Assembly (NCBI RefSeq): GCF_009834535.1
Contig: NC_045715.1
Location: 17,980,001 to 18,044,000, forward strand
DNA length: 64,000 nucleotides
Direction of reading: 5' to 3'
Source of the DNA: Camelus ferus
Taxonomy: Eukaryota
In this document: one piece after another, positions 25,151 to 39,701 of the stretch
How positions within the stretch are numbered: the first letter of the stretch is position 1
Layout of the letters: each line of letters starts with the position of its first letter
Program-made: the position numbers and the translations under genes
The notes under the pieces: model-generated
The model's database searches: none
What the model was told of the DNA's origin: nothing
What the model saw: the letters and a program-made list of their open reading frames with translations, nothing else

Positions 25151-26679
25151 GTTACCTTACTGTTTCTGATCATTTCAATATCTGAAATTCCTAGGAGAGA
25201 GCAAGGGGATCTAAGGCTCCTGTTTATCTGAAAGCCTGACTCTCCAGTGTCTGTTTTCCTCTTCTGTTTGTTACCATTTATTATAAGCTTATACGTGGTA
25301 ATCCCAAGTTCCTAGTAGAGTGCCTGGTAAGTAATAGGTGCTCAGTAAATAATTGCTGAATAAATAAATCACAATCTGTATGAATCTAGAGAACTTGAAT
25401 TCAAGATGCTTCCCTCCTGAAGGGGTTTACCTTTGCCTTCACAGGGCACTAGGAGGCGCTCTGAACCTACATCACTAATTTCACAACCCTTTCCTTGAAA
25501 CCCCAGATTCTATGTAAGTGGTTAAATCCCAGTGGCAAATTTCCTCTGTCCTCCTCCAGAGTTCTGCGGAGACAGACAGGTTTTCTTCTTGGGAACCTTT
25601 GCTAGATTAACCTTATTGTAACCTATCCTTTCTTCCAGGGTCCTGGGTTTAGTTTAAGGGTTTCGAATCCCCTTCCCCAAGGAGCAGATATTAATTGACA
25701 AAGTTCAGAATCTTGATAATAATAGTTGCCCCAGAGAACCCAGTCTAGTGTGTTTATCTCTCTGGTTTCAGCGCCTAGGTTTTTCATTGCTTTGCATATT
25801 TCAAGGCATTTTCTCAGTTTCTTCTTAGCTGGGCAATGATGTGCTACTGTTTTGTTGTACTTTATCTGGTCTTTAGGTGTTTTCCTTCAAGATGGCTTTG
25901 TATCCAGAATATCTTGTTTTCTGTATTGGAAATAAGTTTTTACAGTGTCCCTCTCTATCCCTAATACTTTTAGCTTAAAAATGTGTCTGCTATTAATATT
26001 GCTAACTTGCTCTCGGTAAACATTCCCCAGGCATGTGTTCCTCTCATTCTTATTTTTTATTTATTGTTATTATATAAATATATGCATAATTTATCTTCAT
26101 TCAAATAAGAGGAGCACTTTTAATGCATATTTTTATTACACATATTCTTTTGCTTTATAAAAAAATGTAACCATCTAAAAGATAAACTACTGTACCTATG
26201 CAAGAACTCTAGCATATACTTTTCTGAGGGAGACAAAAGAAAACCTATAAAACTTCCAGGTGACCACAATCATACAGGACAATAACTAAGCATATATTTT
26301 ATTTGAGTTAATATCTACCCTTATTTTGGAGTTACATTTTTTGTAATCCTAAAAGAAGAAATCACTGTTATTGAGTCTGGAGACAATTCATATGGGGAAA
26401 TTATTTAATAAAGAGTGTGGTAGTCAATTTTGTTTTAAAATTAACAATCCTGGGGACTAGGTAACACCTTTCACCTCTTTGTCAAATGATCACTGCCTCA
26501 GAGGAGTTTAGAACAATTGGGATTCAGGAGCTTTGCCTAGACAGACAATTTTCATGGTATCCAACATATATTTCTATAAATAATTATATTTCATTAATTT
26601 CACTTAATAATACACTAAACATAAAACCAAATGTGTTTAATATTTTACTTTTTTTAAAAAACCAGACCCAGCAAGATTT

Positions 26680-27430
26680 AAAGGAGATGTCTTTAGTTGT
26701 AACTAACATTATTGACCTTTAATCTGAGCCTTGTGATCCTAGAAAATAGTGATTATTAAAGAAATTCTCCCCCTTTTTGTATTCCAAAAATAATTTACTG
26801 CAAGGAGGCACTGTTTTCACCTATGATTTGGAAAAGATAAAAAAAAAACAACTCCTGGTTGGAAGGGTATATAGCTCAGTGGTAGAGTGCCTACTTAGCG
26901 TGCAAGAGGTCATTGGGTCAATCCTCAGTACCTACATTTAAAAAAATAAATTTAAAAAACAACAGCAACTCCTTGTATATCTAGGACACAACCAGACACA
27001 GACCCCTCCCAAATTCCCATTCTTTGCCTCAAAAGTGATAACCTGAACTAATCCATGGAAACAATATACTTTGTCAACCAAAATTTAGTTACATTTTCTC
27101 TATCCCCCCAGGTCCCAGAGCTTTGACCCACCCTCAGCCTGAGCCACTTTACTACCCCTCCTTAAGGGTCCCTTCTGATAGTTGGCTGGACTCGGGGTAA
27201 AACATTATCTGTTTTCCTAATATCTAATCAAGCCATTTTTTCATCCTACCATTCCTATGTCATACTCAATTCTTTTTAGTCTTGTTTGCTCTTCCCTAAG
27301 AAAATCTGTTTTGGCTTCAGCCAAAGAGAAGCTTACAGATCATATGCAGTAGTCCGTTTCACCTCCTATCAACAGTCCTTTCAAAAATAGCCTCTCCTTA
27401 CCAAGTCTGAATCTTTTTCATTTAAAACAG
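26680..27430. mobile_element. MER34-like ERV1 LTR containing a SINE (26861-26972)
   Basis: cccccaggtcccagagctttgacccaccctcagcctgagc; SINE flanked by a caactcct target duplication; both shared with unit B (SINE 52557-52669). Confidence 0.55.
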
Positions 27431-29541
27431 CTCATGGACTATTTTGTCTGCCCTGTACACTGTGTGTGTTTCTACTAAATTCATGTAGGTATGGAATGAA
27501 CACTCTAGTTTGGGTCAGTCCTCACCACTCTTCAGTGTTATATAGATCTGTTCACCTGTGTAGAGGTTATAACCTCTATTCATGGTTACTACATTTAAAT
27601 TAGTTGCCTGGTCCTTTTGAGACAGGATGGAAGGGGGCAGGGCACACCCATTAAAAGAATAACACAGCAATGAGCACCAAGATGGCCAAAGATTCAATTC
27701 CCAGTCGATCTTGAGGCCCAAGATAGTAGAAGATTTGACTTCCAGCAAACCTTGACCTTCATTATATGCTCATTTTGCAATAATAGCATGGTAAAGGGCA
27801 CTCCCATAGACATTATAACAGAAATTTTGGGGTGAAATTTCATAGGTTGGCTGAAATATGAGTAAATTTAGAGAAATCGTCGACCCTAAAATTATTGGGT
27901 ATTGACTTAACTCTACAGCTTTGGCTCTTAATCAGTGGCTTTCAACTTTATCTATAATGGAAATATATCAAAATCTTAACTAGTAAATTAATAAGTTGGT
28001 GATATGGTGAAGCTAATATCAACTAAAAATAGATAAAGCTAATAGCAATCACTGAATCCTTCTCTCTATGATTTACATTATCTATATTTTGTCTCTCCAA
28101 AATACTGTCTCATTCTCCAGATAAATTTCTCTTTTTGCCCCACTCTTCCCCATCGGCCTCTTTTTCCACTAAGTCTTTTTCTCTCTCTCTCCGCCTTTTC
28201 CATTTTTTCTTTAATCTAGTTGTAATTTTCTTTCTCATTTTTCTCTCTCCTCTTCCTCCATGGACTAGGTATATAAGAGAATCAACGTTTTTTTTTTCAT
28301 TTTAACATTCTCCTTCAGTCACTTAAAAAATGCTTTATTTGCCATGCTTCTAAAGTTAGAAGAAATCACAACAAACTTTTCTCTTTTTTTCCTAAAACAG
28401 CCCACCAAACGCCAGCGGGAGTCTTATGAAGGATTCAGATTTAAGCCAGACTGCTTTAATCATTATCCTGGCTCCACAATTTACATGTTAATGGGATTTG
28501 AGGGAAAAGGCCTTGTCTCATGTTCTCTGGTTTTCTTTTCTATAAAATGGAGGGCAAAAAACAAACACAAACAAACAATCAGGTAGGGTTTTATGATTAA
28601 ATAAAATAATACATATAAAGCATGTTAGCTATTATTCCAAACATTGCTACACGGGCTAAATTGGGGAAAAGTAAAAATAAAAGAGTGAATAGGTCTTCAG
28701 GAGATTTCCTCCTCAATATCAAAGTGAGAAAAACAAATTAATTACTTTGTGCCCTTTTTGTTTGCCAGCTTACCACGTACAGCTTGCAGCCCTTCATTTA
28801 CTGCCAGCAGGGGAAGCCAAAAGGTGGGGCAGCATAGAAAGTCTTAGAAACATCTAAATCAAATTCAGGGGAAACAGGTCTCAATAGAAAGGAAACATGT
28901 TAATGGAAGAACTAGCTAAAAAGCCGGTTTCTGATAGTGATAATAGTAAATTGTAAATAAAAGTATTTATCACCATGTTCTCCCGTTTCAGTTGTTTTCT
29001 GGGGTTTTTGTTTCTGTTTTTAACTAAGTAGAAGGAAGAATAATTTCTGATCCGCTTTAGTGGCTAACCTGGGTGTGATTTGATCGTTTCCAATACGAAG
29101 CACTGCAGCGATACTGGCTACGAAATTCTTGCCTTTATTACCTCCCTTTAAGCTACGTAACTTTAAACTTTGACATTTATTTTCACGCTATATTTCTACA
29201 TTTTTGGTATAGTTGGAAACACTGTCTTAGGAATTTTTTCGATTACCGTAGATCGCCTATTTCTTCTCAGTTCTTCCTTTCCCTGTCACTAATCTAGAAT
29301 CTGGATTCAAAGGCAGAGTGACAGCTTTTCTAGGAGTTGTAAACAGGCCTTGCAAATCGGAGAGATAACCAGTCTATGAAATCTGCCTTTTTGATATTTC
29401 AAAATACTGTAGAGAGTGCTATCTAGTTTATATCCTTAACAAACTAATCTGAATTGTTATAAACAACTACAGAACTTTTAAAATAATTTAACTAGATTAA
29501 AGTAGCTGGCCTGATTGCTGGAAAACTGTCTCAGGAGATAG

Positions 29542-29665
29542 CCAATGGGAGGGCACTCCCCCAGTTATCTTTTGCATGCATACCTCTTAACAAATTAACG
29601 AATCAGCAGTTGCCGAGTTAAGGCCTCATTTGCATAATACTGCCTACAAATAGGCAGGGTCCTAC
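29542..29665 (+). promoter_or_regulatory. H2BC6 promoter: CCAAT, octamer, non-canonical TATA
   Basis: CCAAT 29542-29546; ATTTGCAT 29628-29635; cctacaaatagg in place of TATAAATA. Confidence 0.85.
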
Positions 29666-29701
29666 AAAGCGGACACCATTTTGTCTGTGAAAGAGCAGTA
29701 G

Positions 29702-30088
<387 letters not shown>

Positions 30089-30117
30089 NNNNNNNNNNNN
30101 NNNNAGTCAAACCCAAC

Positions 30118-30160
30118 GGCTCTTTTCAGAGCCACTTCACGTTCACACAGTAGTAGCTGT
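30118..30160 (+). terminator. Histone stem-loop and weak HDE
   Basis: GGCTCTTTTCAGAGCC 30118-30133; TAGTAGCTGT 30151-30160. Confidence 0.92.
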
Positions 30161-33100
30161 GCACTAGCAAGTGGTATTTCCTGAAAACTAGGCTTGCAAT
30201 TACTGTTGCAGGTAGCACTTAAAAATGCAGTTAGAAAGCGAACGGTTCTTGGGGTTCAAACTTGCATATTGTTCTGATTACCGTCCCCTGTACGAGGATT
30301 CCCATCAGCATAAGCGAACATGGATCTTAGCACTAACGGCCAGCTCTTCGACTTCTTAGTCACCTTTATGGAACTTACACAGATGCTCTGTAGGCTGGTA
30401 GCGAGCTTCGGGAAACTGGTCTGTTTTTGGTAAAATACTACGTTGTAGCGTCAAATAGGTCAGAACAACATTTGAATCTCCCGCTATCCAAAAGCGGAAC
30501 TTCCTCTCTGATGCTGCGGATCCTCCGCCTGCCCATGTTTTTTTGTGGGATCTATTTCCTTCTCTCTCCCCTAGCCCTTTGCCTAGGGCTTTCGAGTCCT
30601 GGCTAAGTATTTTATCTAAGATTCTTTACAAACCTGGTAGATTGGCTGTAGTTCTCCAGTAACGGAAGAGCAGTTATTTTTACTGTCCTTTTAGTCACTT
30701 TACTAAATTTTTAAAAAGCTCTTATCACTGGATTTTTAAAAAATTTTTAATACAGTCATCTCCTCACTCCACAGACTTTTTGCAAACCTACAAAACTCAC
30801 AGAATTTTCAGTGTTCAGCTCACCTGTGTGGTCACATAATATAAAGGTCGGCTCTGAAGCTTTCTAACCACCCTTTTCTGTAACTTGCAGTCTTTTCCGA
30901 ACCCATCCCCCTCTCCTGCCTCCAGCTCCCCTTTCCCTGCACAGTTCAGAAACCGTGGAGCGATCTTGACAAAAGAGGGACCCACGGCCGGTTCAGAACT
31001 CAGAGAGGAAGCACCGTGGAAGTAGGAGATGACTTTTAACTGTTGTGGGCTGAGCTCTTGAGATTTGGAAGCCTACGGTTTGTGACCACATAATGCCCAA
31101 GAGACTAAATCCTGGGAAATAGAGTCGGGCGCTTCCCTCATTTCTCCGGAAACTTCAAGGTAGGGACTTCCTTCAGGAAGTTAGGTGGAAAAGGTTCGGT
31201 GGCTTGCATCACCCATAAATGGAAATATCAAACCCACCCAAGAATGGCTACCACTGTCCTTAAACATTCCTAACCAGCCTCCTGGACCAGTCTATCTGGT
31301 CTCCCATTTATTGTCTCAAAAACATAAATAAAATAAGCATAAAGACACAAACAAGTCTTTATTTTTCAGGTTCCCAAATTACAACAGAATTTCAACTTTT
31401 CTCATCACCTTGATTTTAGTTTGAGGTAATACTGACACTCCTTCATCCATAGCGAATTTCGTTTTCATGCCAAATTCGCCATGTTTTTTTGGCTTTGTAT
31501 CTTTCCTTCACAGCCATTGGATGGTTCCGAACTTGACAAAACTAGAAATTCTGTGCTATTGCCACAGGCCCTTCATTGTCCAGCCCTCACCTAACTTTCC
31601 AAGCCAACCTCAGAGGACTTTTTCTTTTGTTTTTGTTCATTTCTTATTTTTTGGTTTGGGTTTTTTTGGTTTCTTTTTTCTCCACCTCTACAGTTTTTCA
31701 ACTACCAAGGCCTGGCTGCCTGCTTGTATTCACTGTGGGATGGCAGCAGCAGCTGATTTGATGACTTCAGCGCTCTTCATTTATTGATATGGCTTGCATT
31801 ATTTTTCATTCAGAGATGTGTAAGTTTGCAATTCAGAGGCAAAAGGGGACTGGACTTAAAAATTTTGAAAATTTTTAAAATAATTTAATGTCAGCATGGC
31901 ATGAAAATAGGTTTCAAGAAAGACTTTTTCAAACTGGTGTGATGCCTAGTAGGCTGAGAACAAGAGCTTTGGACACAGAAAATGGAGAGCACTGGGAACT
32001 CAGGTTACAGATACTAAAGGGCAACCCACACACCATCTGGACACCTTCAGGGCTCATGATTATTACCTCTTCCGTGGGGAAAAACCTCCACTTAGAGCTG
32101 AGCCCAAAGTGTGAGAATTATGTTGATACCCTTTCTCTTGTGCCACTGTATCTCATTGATGCAGACATCTGCCCAAATAGGGCAGATTTGTTTGCCTTGA
32201 AGTTGGGAAAACTGACAAAAGAAAAAGGCCTGAGTGTTCAGCATTTCCCTAAGCATGGTCAACAAAAAAGTTTCAAGAGATTTTAATTTGTTTAAATTAC
32301 CTGAAATTGTTTTGTTATGTTTGCATCCAAAAAACTTTCATTAATACACTTGCTACTTAAGAATATATGTAAACATGTTTCTTTAAACACGTACATAAAC
32401 CCATTATCCTATGTTGTCACACTCAGTCCTCACGAAAACATGAAGTTTCTCCTACATTATAGATAAGGGAACAGTGGTTAGTAACTTGCCACAGATCACA
32501 AAGAAAATGGCAGTTCAGAATTTCAACTGTATGTCTTCATGGTTCAAAAATGCCCGTTTCTTTTCTCTGAGCCTCTTTCATGTCATGAGAAATAAGAACA
32601 CTAATAATAATAACAATCGTCAAAACACAGCATTTTCGAGGGCATGTACTGGCCAAAATGCTTAAAAACATTTAATGTTATTTACCCCCTAACCTATCAG
32701 AGAGGATCTACTGTTATCTCCAGTTTACAGATGAGTAAGTATGCACAGAGAGGTTAAGTGACTTAACCAAAGACACAAAGAGTACAAACTACCTTCTGTA
32801 CAAGTTTTCCGGTTCCTTTTTATCTTTGAAGAGGGATATTGGGACTGTTTCTTGTAAACAGAACAAATGATTTACTCAGTGACACTGACTACTAAATATT
32901 TAGACCCTACTATATATTTACCAAGAATAGCAATGGAAGGTAAGTTCAAAGAAAGCCTTAAGAAACAGTTCACGGACTTCTGCCTTAAACAGCCTAAAAA
33001 TAAACTCCCCACTATTTTTATTTACTCCTAAATCTTATGAGATACAGTTTGGGCCTTAACGCCTCTGAGAATCAAAATGGGTTATCTTTCTTGCATTCTA

Positions 33101-34846
33101 GTTACAGTGTAAAGGACTCATCTCACTTGTCAAGAATATATAGATCTATTGCACACAGTGAATAAATACATGTGCCAAATTTACTGCTGTTTGATGTGTT
33201 CTTTATGCATTTGGTCTGCCCTTTTCTCTGTAGCCCTAAATTTTGGATTTCTACCTCAGACTCTAAAATCCTAGACTCCAAGTTGTTCACAGGAATCCAT
33301 GGAGCCCTGGGAATTACTTGAATGAGCTCCATGAAATACGTTTTATACACACACACACACATATAAGTATATGCACACACAGATCCTCAAAGGAACTTAT
33401 GATCCACATACTGTTAAAAACTCCTAAGGGGAGACAGTACTTTGAAATATCCAGATTACAACTGCTTAAGGCATGTGGATATTCCACATCCCTAACAGGT
33501 AACGAGCCCTTATTCTGTGTTCTAGCATGGAACACCATGGAAAGAGTTGAAAAAAATGAGTTGAAAAAAACATACTTGGTATGGTAAACTTTAGTTCTTA
33601 TAATAGAGGCTCAACAGTAAATTAGCTTAAAGACAGTTAAGTCTTGTCACTTGGAACAGATCCACTGTGATCAGTCCAGCTCTGTGGTGCAGCACTGCTC
33701 CTCCTGATCGGGATCTGTTGTTCCTTCCATCATTGTTCTGCCATCCCTAGCGCCTGAAGTTCTCTACTGGACCAGACAGTATCAACACCTTCATAGAAGG
33801 CAGCAAGAAAGATGAAGGCTCGAAAGCCTGGGAATGTCTTCTACTTATGCTTATTAGGGAGCAGGTAGCCACGTGCTCACCCCTGCTCTCAGATAAGCCA
33901 GAAATATTGCTTCAGGCCCGGGAGTTATCTGTCCAGGTATTCCTTTTCTTACAACAAAGAGAACAAGTTTTAGTTGAAAAAATGCCAGTTGTACTACAAT
34001 AACCTAAGATTTTTTTCACAGAATAAAACCCATTCTGAGGACACTAAAGAATACAGTGGCAGGCTGACAGTCCTGAGAGATTGTAGACAGTTTACAACAG
34101 GTAACAAGAAACGGGTAATGCACTTGAGAACTGCTTGTTTTGCCTCATTTTCTGCTGTGAAGGGAACAAGACTGGAAATCATGAAAACCTGGGTTTGAAA
34201 GGCTCACTCCAGCCTTTTTGTCAGGGTATGTGGCACGCAACCAGTTTATTAGAGTATTTCAAAATTGACTGTAGTTAAGTCTGTTACTCAAGATAGAACC
34301 AAAATAACTTGGTAAACATAAACCGGCATACTTATACCAGACATAGATGCATCAATAGGTTCTTTTTGATTGTAAAACAGTAGCTCTGGATGAATGGGAA
34401 AAATAAGTCAGCCTGTCTCCATTCCACTTTTAAACAAGAGGAGACCTCACACTTTTCTCTGGTAGAACTTGACTGTCTTCAGCATTACCAGTCCTCCCCT
34501 TTCTCAGGTCCTCTTTATCATGTGACTTTTAACAGGTTTTTTTCAATATCCTTAGCTGAAGAGTGTCTACATTAGTTCTTTTTCCCGATCTTCTACCACC
34601 AGACTTGACCTCGTCTTCCATAAAACTTCCCAGCTGGGTTTCGCTAACAGTTGTGCAAAATAGTTTTATCACCATAGATTAGCCTTCTTGCTCTAAAGAT
34701 AATACATCGCACATACGCCAAACCGACTATAGATTAAGTGCAAACCTGCTAAGGCCTGAAACATACGTAAATCACGTTTAAGTTTGCAGGTTGTCGACAG
34801 TACTTACCTGTTTAAATACCTTCTTATAAAACTAAAACAAAGCGTT

Positions 34847-34887
34847 AACTCTTTTAAGTGAGCGGATAGGTGGCCCTGAAAAGGGCC
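34847..34887 (-). terminator. H4 stem-loop and HDE
   Basis: Minus strand GGCCCTTTTCAGGGCC (34872-34887) followed by AAAAGAGTT. Confidence 0.95.
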
Positions 34888-34923
34888 TTTGGTTTTGCCG
34901 TGCGAAGCGGGGCGATTGGTAGT

Positions 34924-35346
<423 letters not shown>

Positions 35347-36072
35347 CCACAGTCGGTCCAGCCCTTCGTTTATTTGTCCCTTGCTCAGAGCCGTAGTGAC
35401 TAGGCGGGGCGCCTAAAGCGACAATGGATCCTGGAAGTGAAATTTAATCAAGGTTCCTATACGTGGATTCGTGTTTTTGTGTATTCATACAATACGTGAA
35501 GCCATTAAATAGGGCAATAATTCATAGACTTTCCATAAAGAAACCCGATGCTTGTTCTTCAGATTTCCCAGAATATGAAATAGTTAATACAAGCTATTGT
35601 CCCCAAAACTCTTTAAACACGGTTTTAAAGAAATCCTATATTTATTGTTTAATTTTCCATTAGTTTTATCCACGTGTGGTTGTTCCGTTATCTAAGCAGA
35701 GCTCTTTATCACACTGTCTGGATAACCCTACTGAGGAAGCTGAGAATATAAAGTTAAACGTTTGAGAGATCAAGTAACGTTAAAAGTCACTGAGGGCTAC
35801 ATTGGAGATTTATAAATATGTATATCCCAAAGTGATAAGAACCTTGCTCTACTGGAAGTCTAAGATTTATGGTTTGATTGTGTATTTAATTATGGACAGG
35901 TTTTATCTGGCACTGTATCTGTCACCACATTCTATTTCTCCAACCACTTGGCATTACAGTGACCAGTCAAGTTCTGGAGATAGCCTGCTCCACATACTAG
36001 CCTGTGACTTTGGGCAATCTATACTTTTTTTTTTTTCTTCTTTTTTTCATTTTAAATGTGCACAAAGATGTT

Positions 36073-36194
36073 GGGTGATGGTATAGCTCAATTGGTAGTG
36101 TGCATGCTTAGCATATACAAGGTCCTAGGTTCAATCCCCAGCACCTCCTCTAAAAATTAGTACATTAAATGTAACTAACCCTCCCTCTCCAAAA
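36073..36194 (+). mobile_element. tRNA-derived SINE (shared with unit B, 62721-62845)
   Basis: ggtatagctcaattggtagtgtgcatgcttagc...ggttcaatccccagcacctcc. Confidence 0.8.
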
Positions 36195-36564
36195 GATGTA
36201 TAGGAAGGTATAAATTACAGAGCACTTAAATTTAAGAGATAATCCAAAATTTTTAAAATAATATCAGGAAATAAGCAATTACTCAACAACATTTATTATG
36301 AAATATTGTACTACTGTGGCTGCTCTCAACTCCTCCCTTCAGTACTCACCCCTCTAAAGTGAGGAGCCTAAGCAAGTGTTTAATTTGCAAAACGCTTGTT
36401 TTGTGAACTCCTCAAAATAATAAATACATAAAGATTTAATTTCTCATTATTTCCCTTGAGGTTCAGCCGACTTTGGATAGATTTTGCTTTTTACTCCATG
36501 GTAAGGAGGACCCTGTTCATCAAAGCTCTTCCATGAGTTTACAGTGCATGGAAACAAATTCTAC

Positions 36565-37047
36565 AATGGAGTTGTTAACCTGGGATATATAGATGGGCTC
36601 AGAGCATCTGGAAACTTACATAGAACAAAAATTCCATCTTTATTTTTACTATACTCCAATTGGATCTTAGTGTTTCCTCCTCTTGTGAAAATGTAGTCAA
36701 CAAATAGGGTGATTGGCAGGACCCATGCTCTGTTCTATTACGTTGTAATCACAGCTGTCAATGTCTCAAAATATTGTTTAAATATATTACTCTTCCTAAA
36801 ATGTGGTGATTTATGGTCATATGGGTAATCTTATTATTTAACATATTAATAAAGAAGCACATGTTAATACTTCACTAATTTGGATTTTTGTTAAATTTGA
36901 CGATGGTATTTTTATATAACTGTTTTCCTTTATAATCCTGTGTATATTATTTTAAGCATTGAAAAGCATTATTCTGGGAAGGAGTTCATAAACTTTATCA
37001 CACATACAAAGAAGTCCATGGTACAAAAATGGTTAAGAATCCCTCTT
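36565..37047. mobile_element. hAT-Charlie-type non-autonomous DNA transposon (paralog ~63210-63692)
   Basis: Terminal motifs gttgttaacctggga / tggttaagaatccct; internal taataaagaagcacat; family not resolved. Confidence 0.55.
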
Positions 37048-38867
37048 CTCCAGGATCTTGAAAGTCTGGAAAGATGCTGGGTTTCAAAAACGTGCAGAGA
37101 GAAACATTGGGAAATTCCATGAATGCTGGAATGAAACTGACATATTAGTAAAAGTACTCTGATAGAGCTAAGGGTAAATGGAAACAATTTTCTCCACTTA
37201 TGAATAGTAAGAGGTCATTTCCTCTTCCTCTTAGAGAGTTTTCTTGGAGAAATAGTGAGTCTGAGTTTTCACTCTTCCCTTAGGAATACAGTGACATTTT
37301 TCTAGGGATTAAGCCCAGTCTCCAGTTTTTACAATGGAAAGAAATCTCCTAGGTTGTGAGGCGAATAACCTCTAGATATGTAAAAATATACATCTGTTAT
37401 TAGCTTAGGAGTCTTTCACAACATACACATGAGAGGTGAACATGTCAAGGTGAATGGGGCGATACCATGAAGATTCTCTACACTTAGATGCCTAAGAGAT
37501 AACTCTTCCTTTGTGTTGCTGCAGAAAACCAACTATAATGAGTTAAGGTCATTTTTAGCTTAGGAATGCATGAATCAATAACATGTAAATATACACTCCA
37601 AGTAAAAATGTTTATATTGAACTGATTTCTCCTCTCATATCATCCATTTCAATTGCTCTTAATTTTTAATTTTTATTAATGTTCATTAATGTTTTGATGT
37701 TTAACTTGAATGTACTGCATGAAGTGATCAGTCATTTGTTGATTTTGATGGGACCAAAGAGGAGTATTAAACCCTTACCTCTTGGGCTTTGTTCTGTCCA
37801 TTCCCAGCATTTCTGTTTTCCATAGTCCTAGGGAAACATGCTTCAAAATAAACATAATATTTTTTTAAAAAAAAACATAGCTTCAGAGTGAAAAAAAAAT
37901 GACTTTCTACCATCAGTCTATTTCCCACTGAATATAAATCATAAGCTATAATGCTTCCTATAAACTTATATCCTTGCTTAAGTAAGAAATGTAGTAGTGA
38001 ATATAAAACATACTTGCTTTTAAATTTCTCTCTCTTAAAGAAATTCTGTATAAGCATGTGTGAAAGTGTTGTACATGTGTATATTCCTTAATTCTGTTAC
38101 TTGAAAGCTTTGGTAAAGTTTACCTTCCTGAACAATGACAGACCTCTGTACACAAGAGCTGGTGAATATTTTAATAACTGATCCTCCCTGATAAAGTCAA
38201 TGTAAATAAAAGAATTTTTTAAACCCATAAAGGGGCCCAACTCTCATTTACATCTTTACCTGGAAGTCCTCTGCCATCAGCTATTGCAAAACAGGCCCAA
38301 CCAATATGTCAAAAGCATCATTGATCGTTGCTTTTGACATTTTCCTAAACAAATTTTGAAAGATTGAAGCTCCCCAGTTAACTAACACTCGAAATACTCA
38401 CAAGGAGCTATGATAAAGCTTTTTCAGACAAAACAATAACCTGTCTTATCAGAAATTGCTGTTATTCCAAGGATCCTTTACTATAGCTGTTGTAGAGAAA
38501 TCCTGAAACAGCCTGTGTTATTTCTCCTCATATGAAGCATATTTTGGGGGTAAATCTCAATGAGAACCAAGCAGTTGTTGAACGGATGGAAATCCAAGAA
38601 TGTGTAGAATGTCACTGGAAAGCAAGCTATTGAAAACACAAAGGGAAGAATTTCTATTTTAAATGAAAATCAAAAAGTTGCCTTCCTGACCTGTGAATCT
38701 CTAGGAATGTCAGGGGCTTTTGAAAAAGGCTGGGACCGACGTGATAAACACTGGAGGAAGAAACTACGAAGGTCTCAAACCTTGAGCTGTCCTGTTTCAT
38801 GATAGAATATAAGTGGCGTGATTCCTAAGCAGGAAATTTTAATATTTTGGCTTTCCTGAATTGTAAC

Positions 38868-38963
38868 AAACACAACTCAGGGGCAGAGCTTAGACTAAGT
38901 TGCTGTCAAGCTGGAAGTCAGCTGGGAACCAATCAGAGGGCAGTGGCTCTGTGTTTATATATA
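38868..38963 (+). promoter_or_regulatory. H1-type promoter of the unit-B H1: H1 box, degenerate GC box, CCAAT, TATA
   Basis: AAACACA 38868-38874; ggggcagagc; CCAAT 38929-38933; TATATA near 38956. Confidence 0.8.
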
Positions 38964-39038
38964 CACACACTCCCGGACCAGGCTACTCAACTCTTGAGAC
39001 TGTATTTCCTTTTTTATTACTACTTTTGACCAACAATA

Positions 39039-39672
39039 ATGTCTGAGACCGTACTTGCCGCACTTCTTGCTCCTCCTGCAGAAAAGACTCCTGTGAAGAA
39101 AAAAGCTCGTAAATCCATCGTTGCCACGAAGCGCAAGGCCTCCGGGCCCCCGGTGTCGGAGCTGATCACCAAGACTGTCGCCGCTTCCAAGGAGCGCAGT
39201 AGCGTGTCCCTGGCTGCGCTCAAGAAGGCACTCGCGGCCGCCGGCTACGATGTAGAGAACAACAGCCGCATCAAGTTAGGACTTAAGAGCTTGGTGACCA
39301 AAGGCACCCTGGTGCTGACCGAGGGTACTGGCGTCTCGGGTTCATTTAAGCTCAACAAGAAGACAGCCAACGGGGAGGCTAAGCCTAAGGTTAAGGAAGC
39401 GGGAGCAGCCAAACAACGCTGCTGGGGCAGCTAAGAAGCCCAAGAAGGCGACGGGCGCGGCTACCCCGAAAAAAAGCACTAGTAAGTTCCCCAAGAAGGT
39501 GAAGAAGGCAGTAACGACTTCCAGGGCCAAGAAAGTGGCCAAGAGCCCGAAAAAGCTGAAAACAGCCAAACCAAAGAAGGTGGCTAAAAGCCCAGCCAAG
39601 GCCAAAGCTCACAAGCCCAAGGTAGCCAAGCCTAAAGCAGGCAAGCCAAAAAAGGCGGCCCAAAAAAAGTAA
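39039..39672 (+). pseudogene. Frameshifted H1 (131-aa ORF 39039-39434; tail continues in another frame to TAA at 39670-39672)
   Basis: [22 protein letters not shown]...; one-codon loss (VENNSR for VEKNNSR); frameshift after GAAK gives QRCWGS*; shifted frame [26 protein letters not shown]...KKAAQKK*. Confidence 0.88.
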
Positions 39673-39701
39673 GAAAATTAAAACTAGCTGAGTACCTTAA
39701 A

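Noticed and set aside
29330-29420. Possible H2A ghost upstream of the H2BC6-type genes
   Set aside because: Only isolated LQ and RK matches with no register conservation; not distinguishable from chance by eye.
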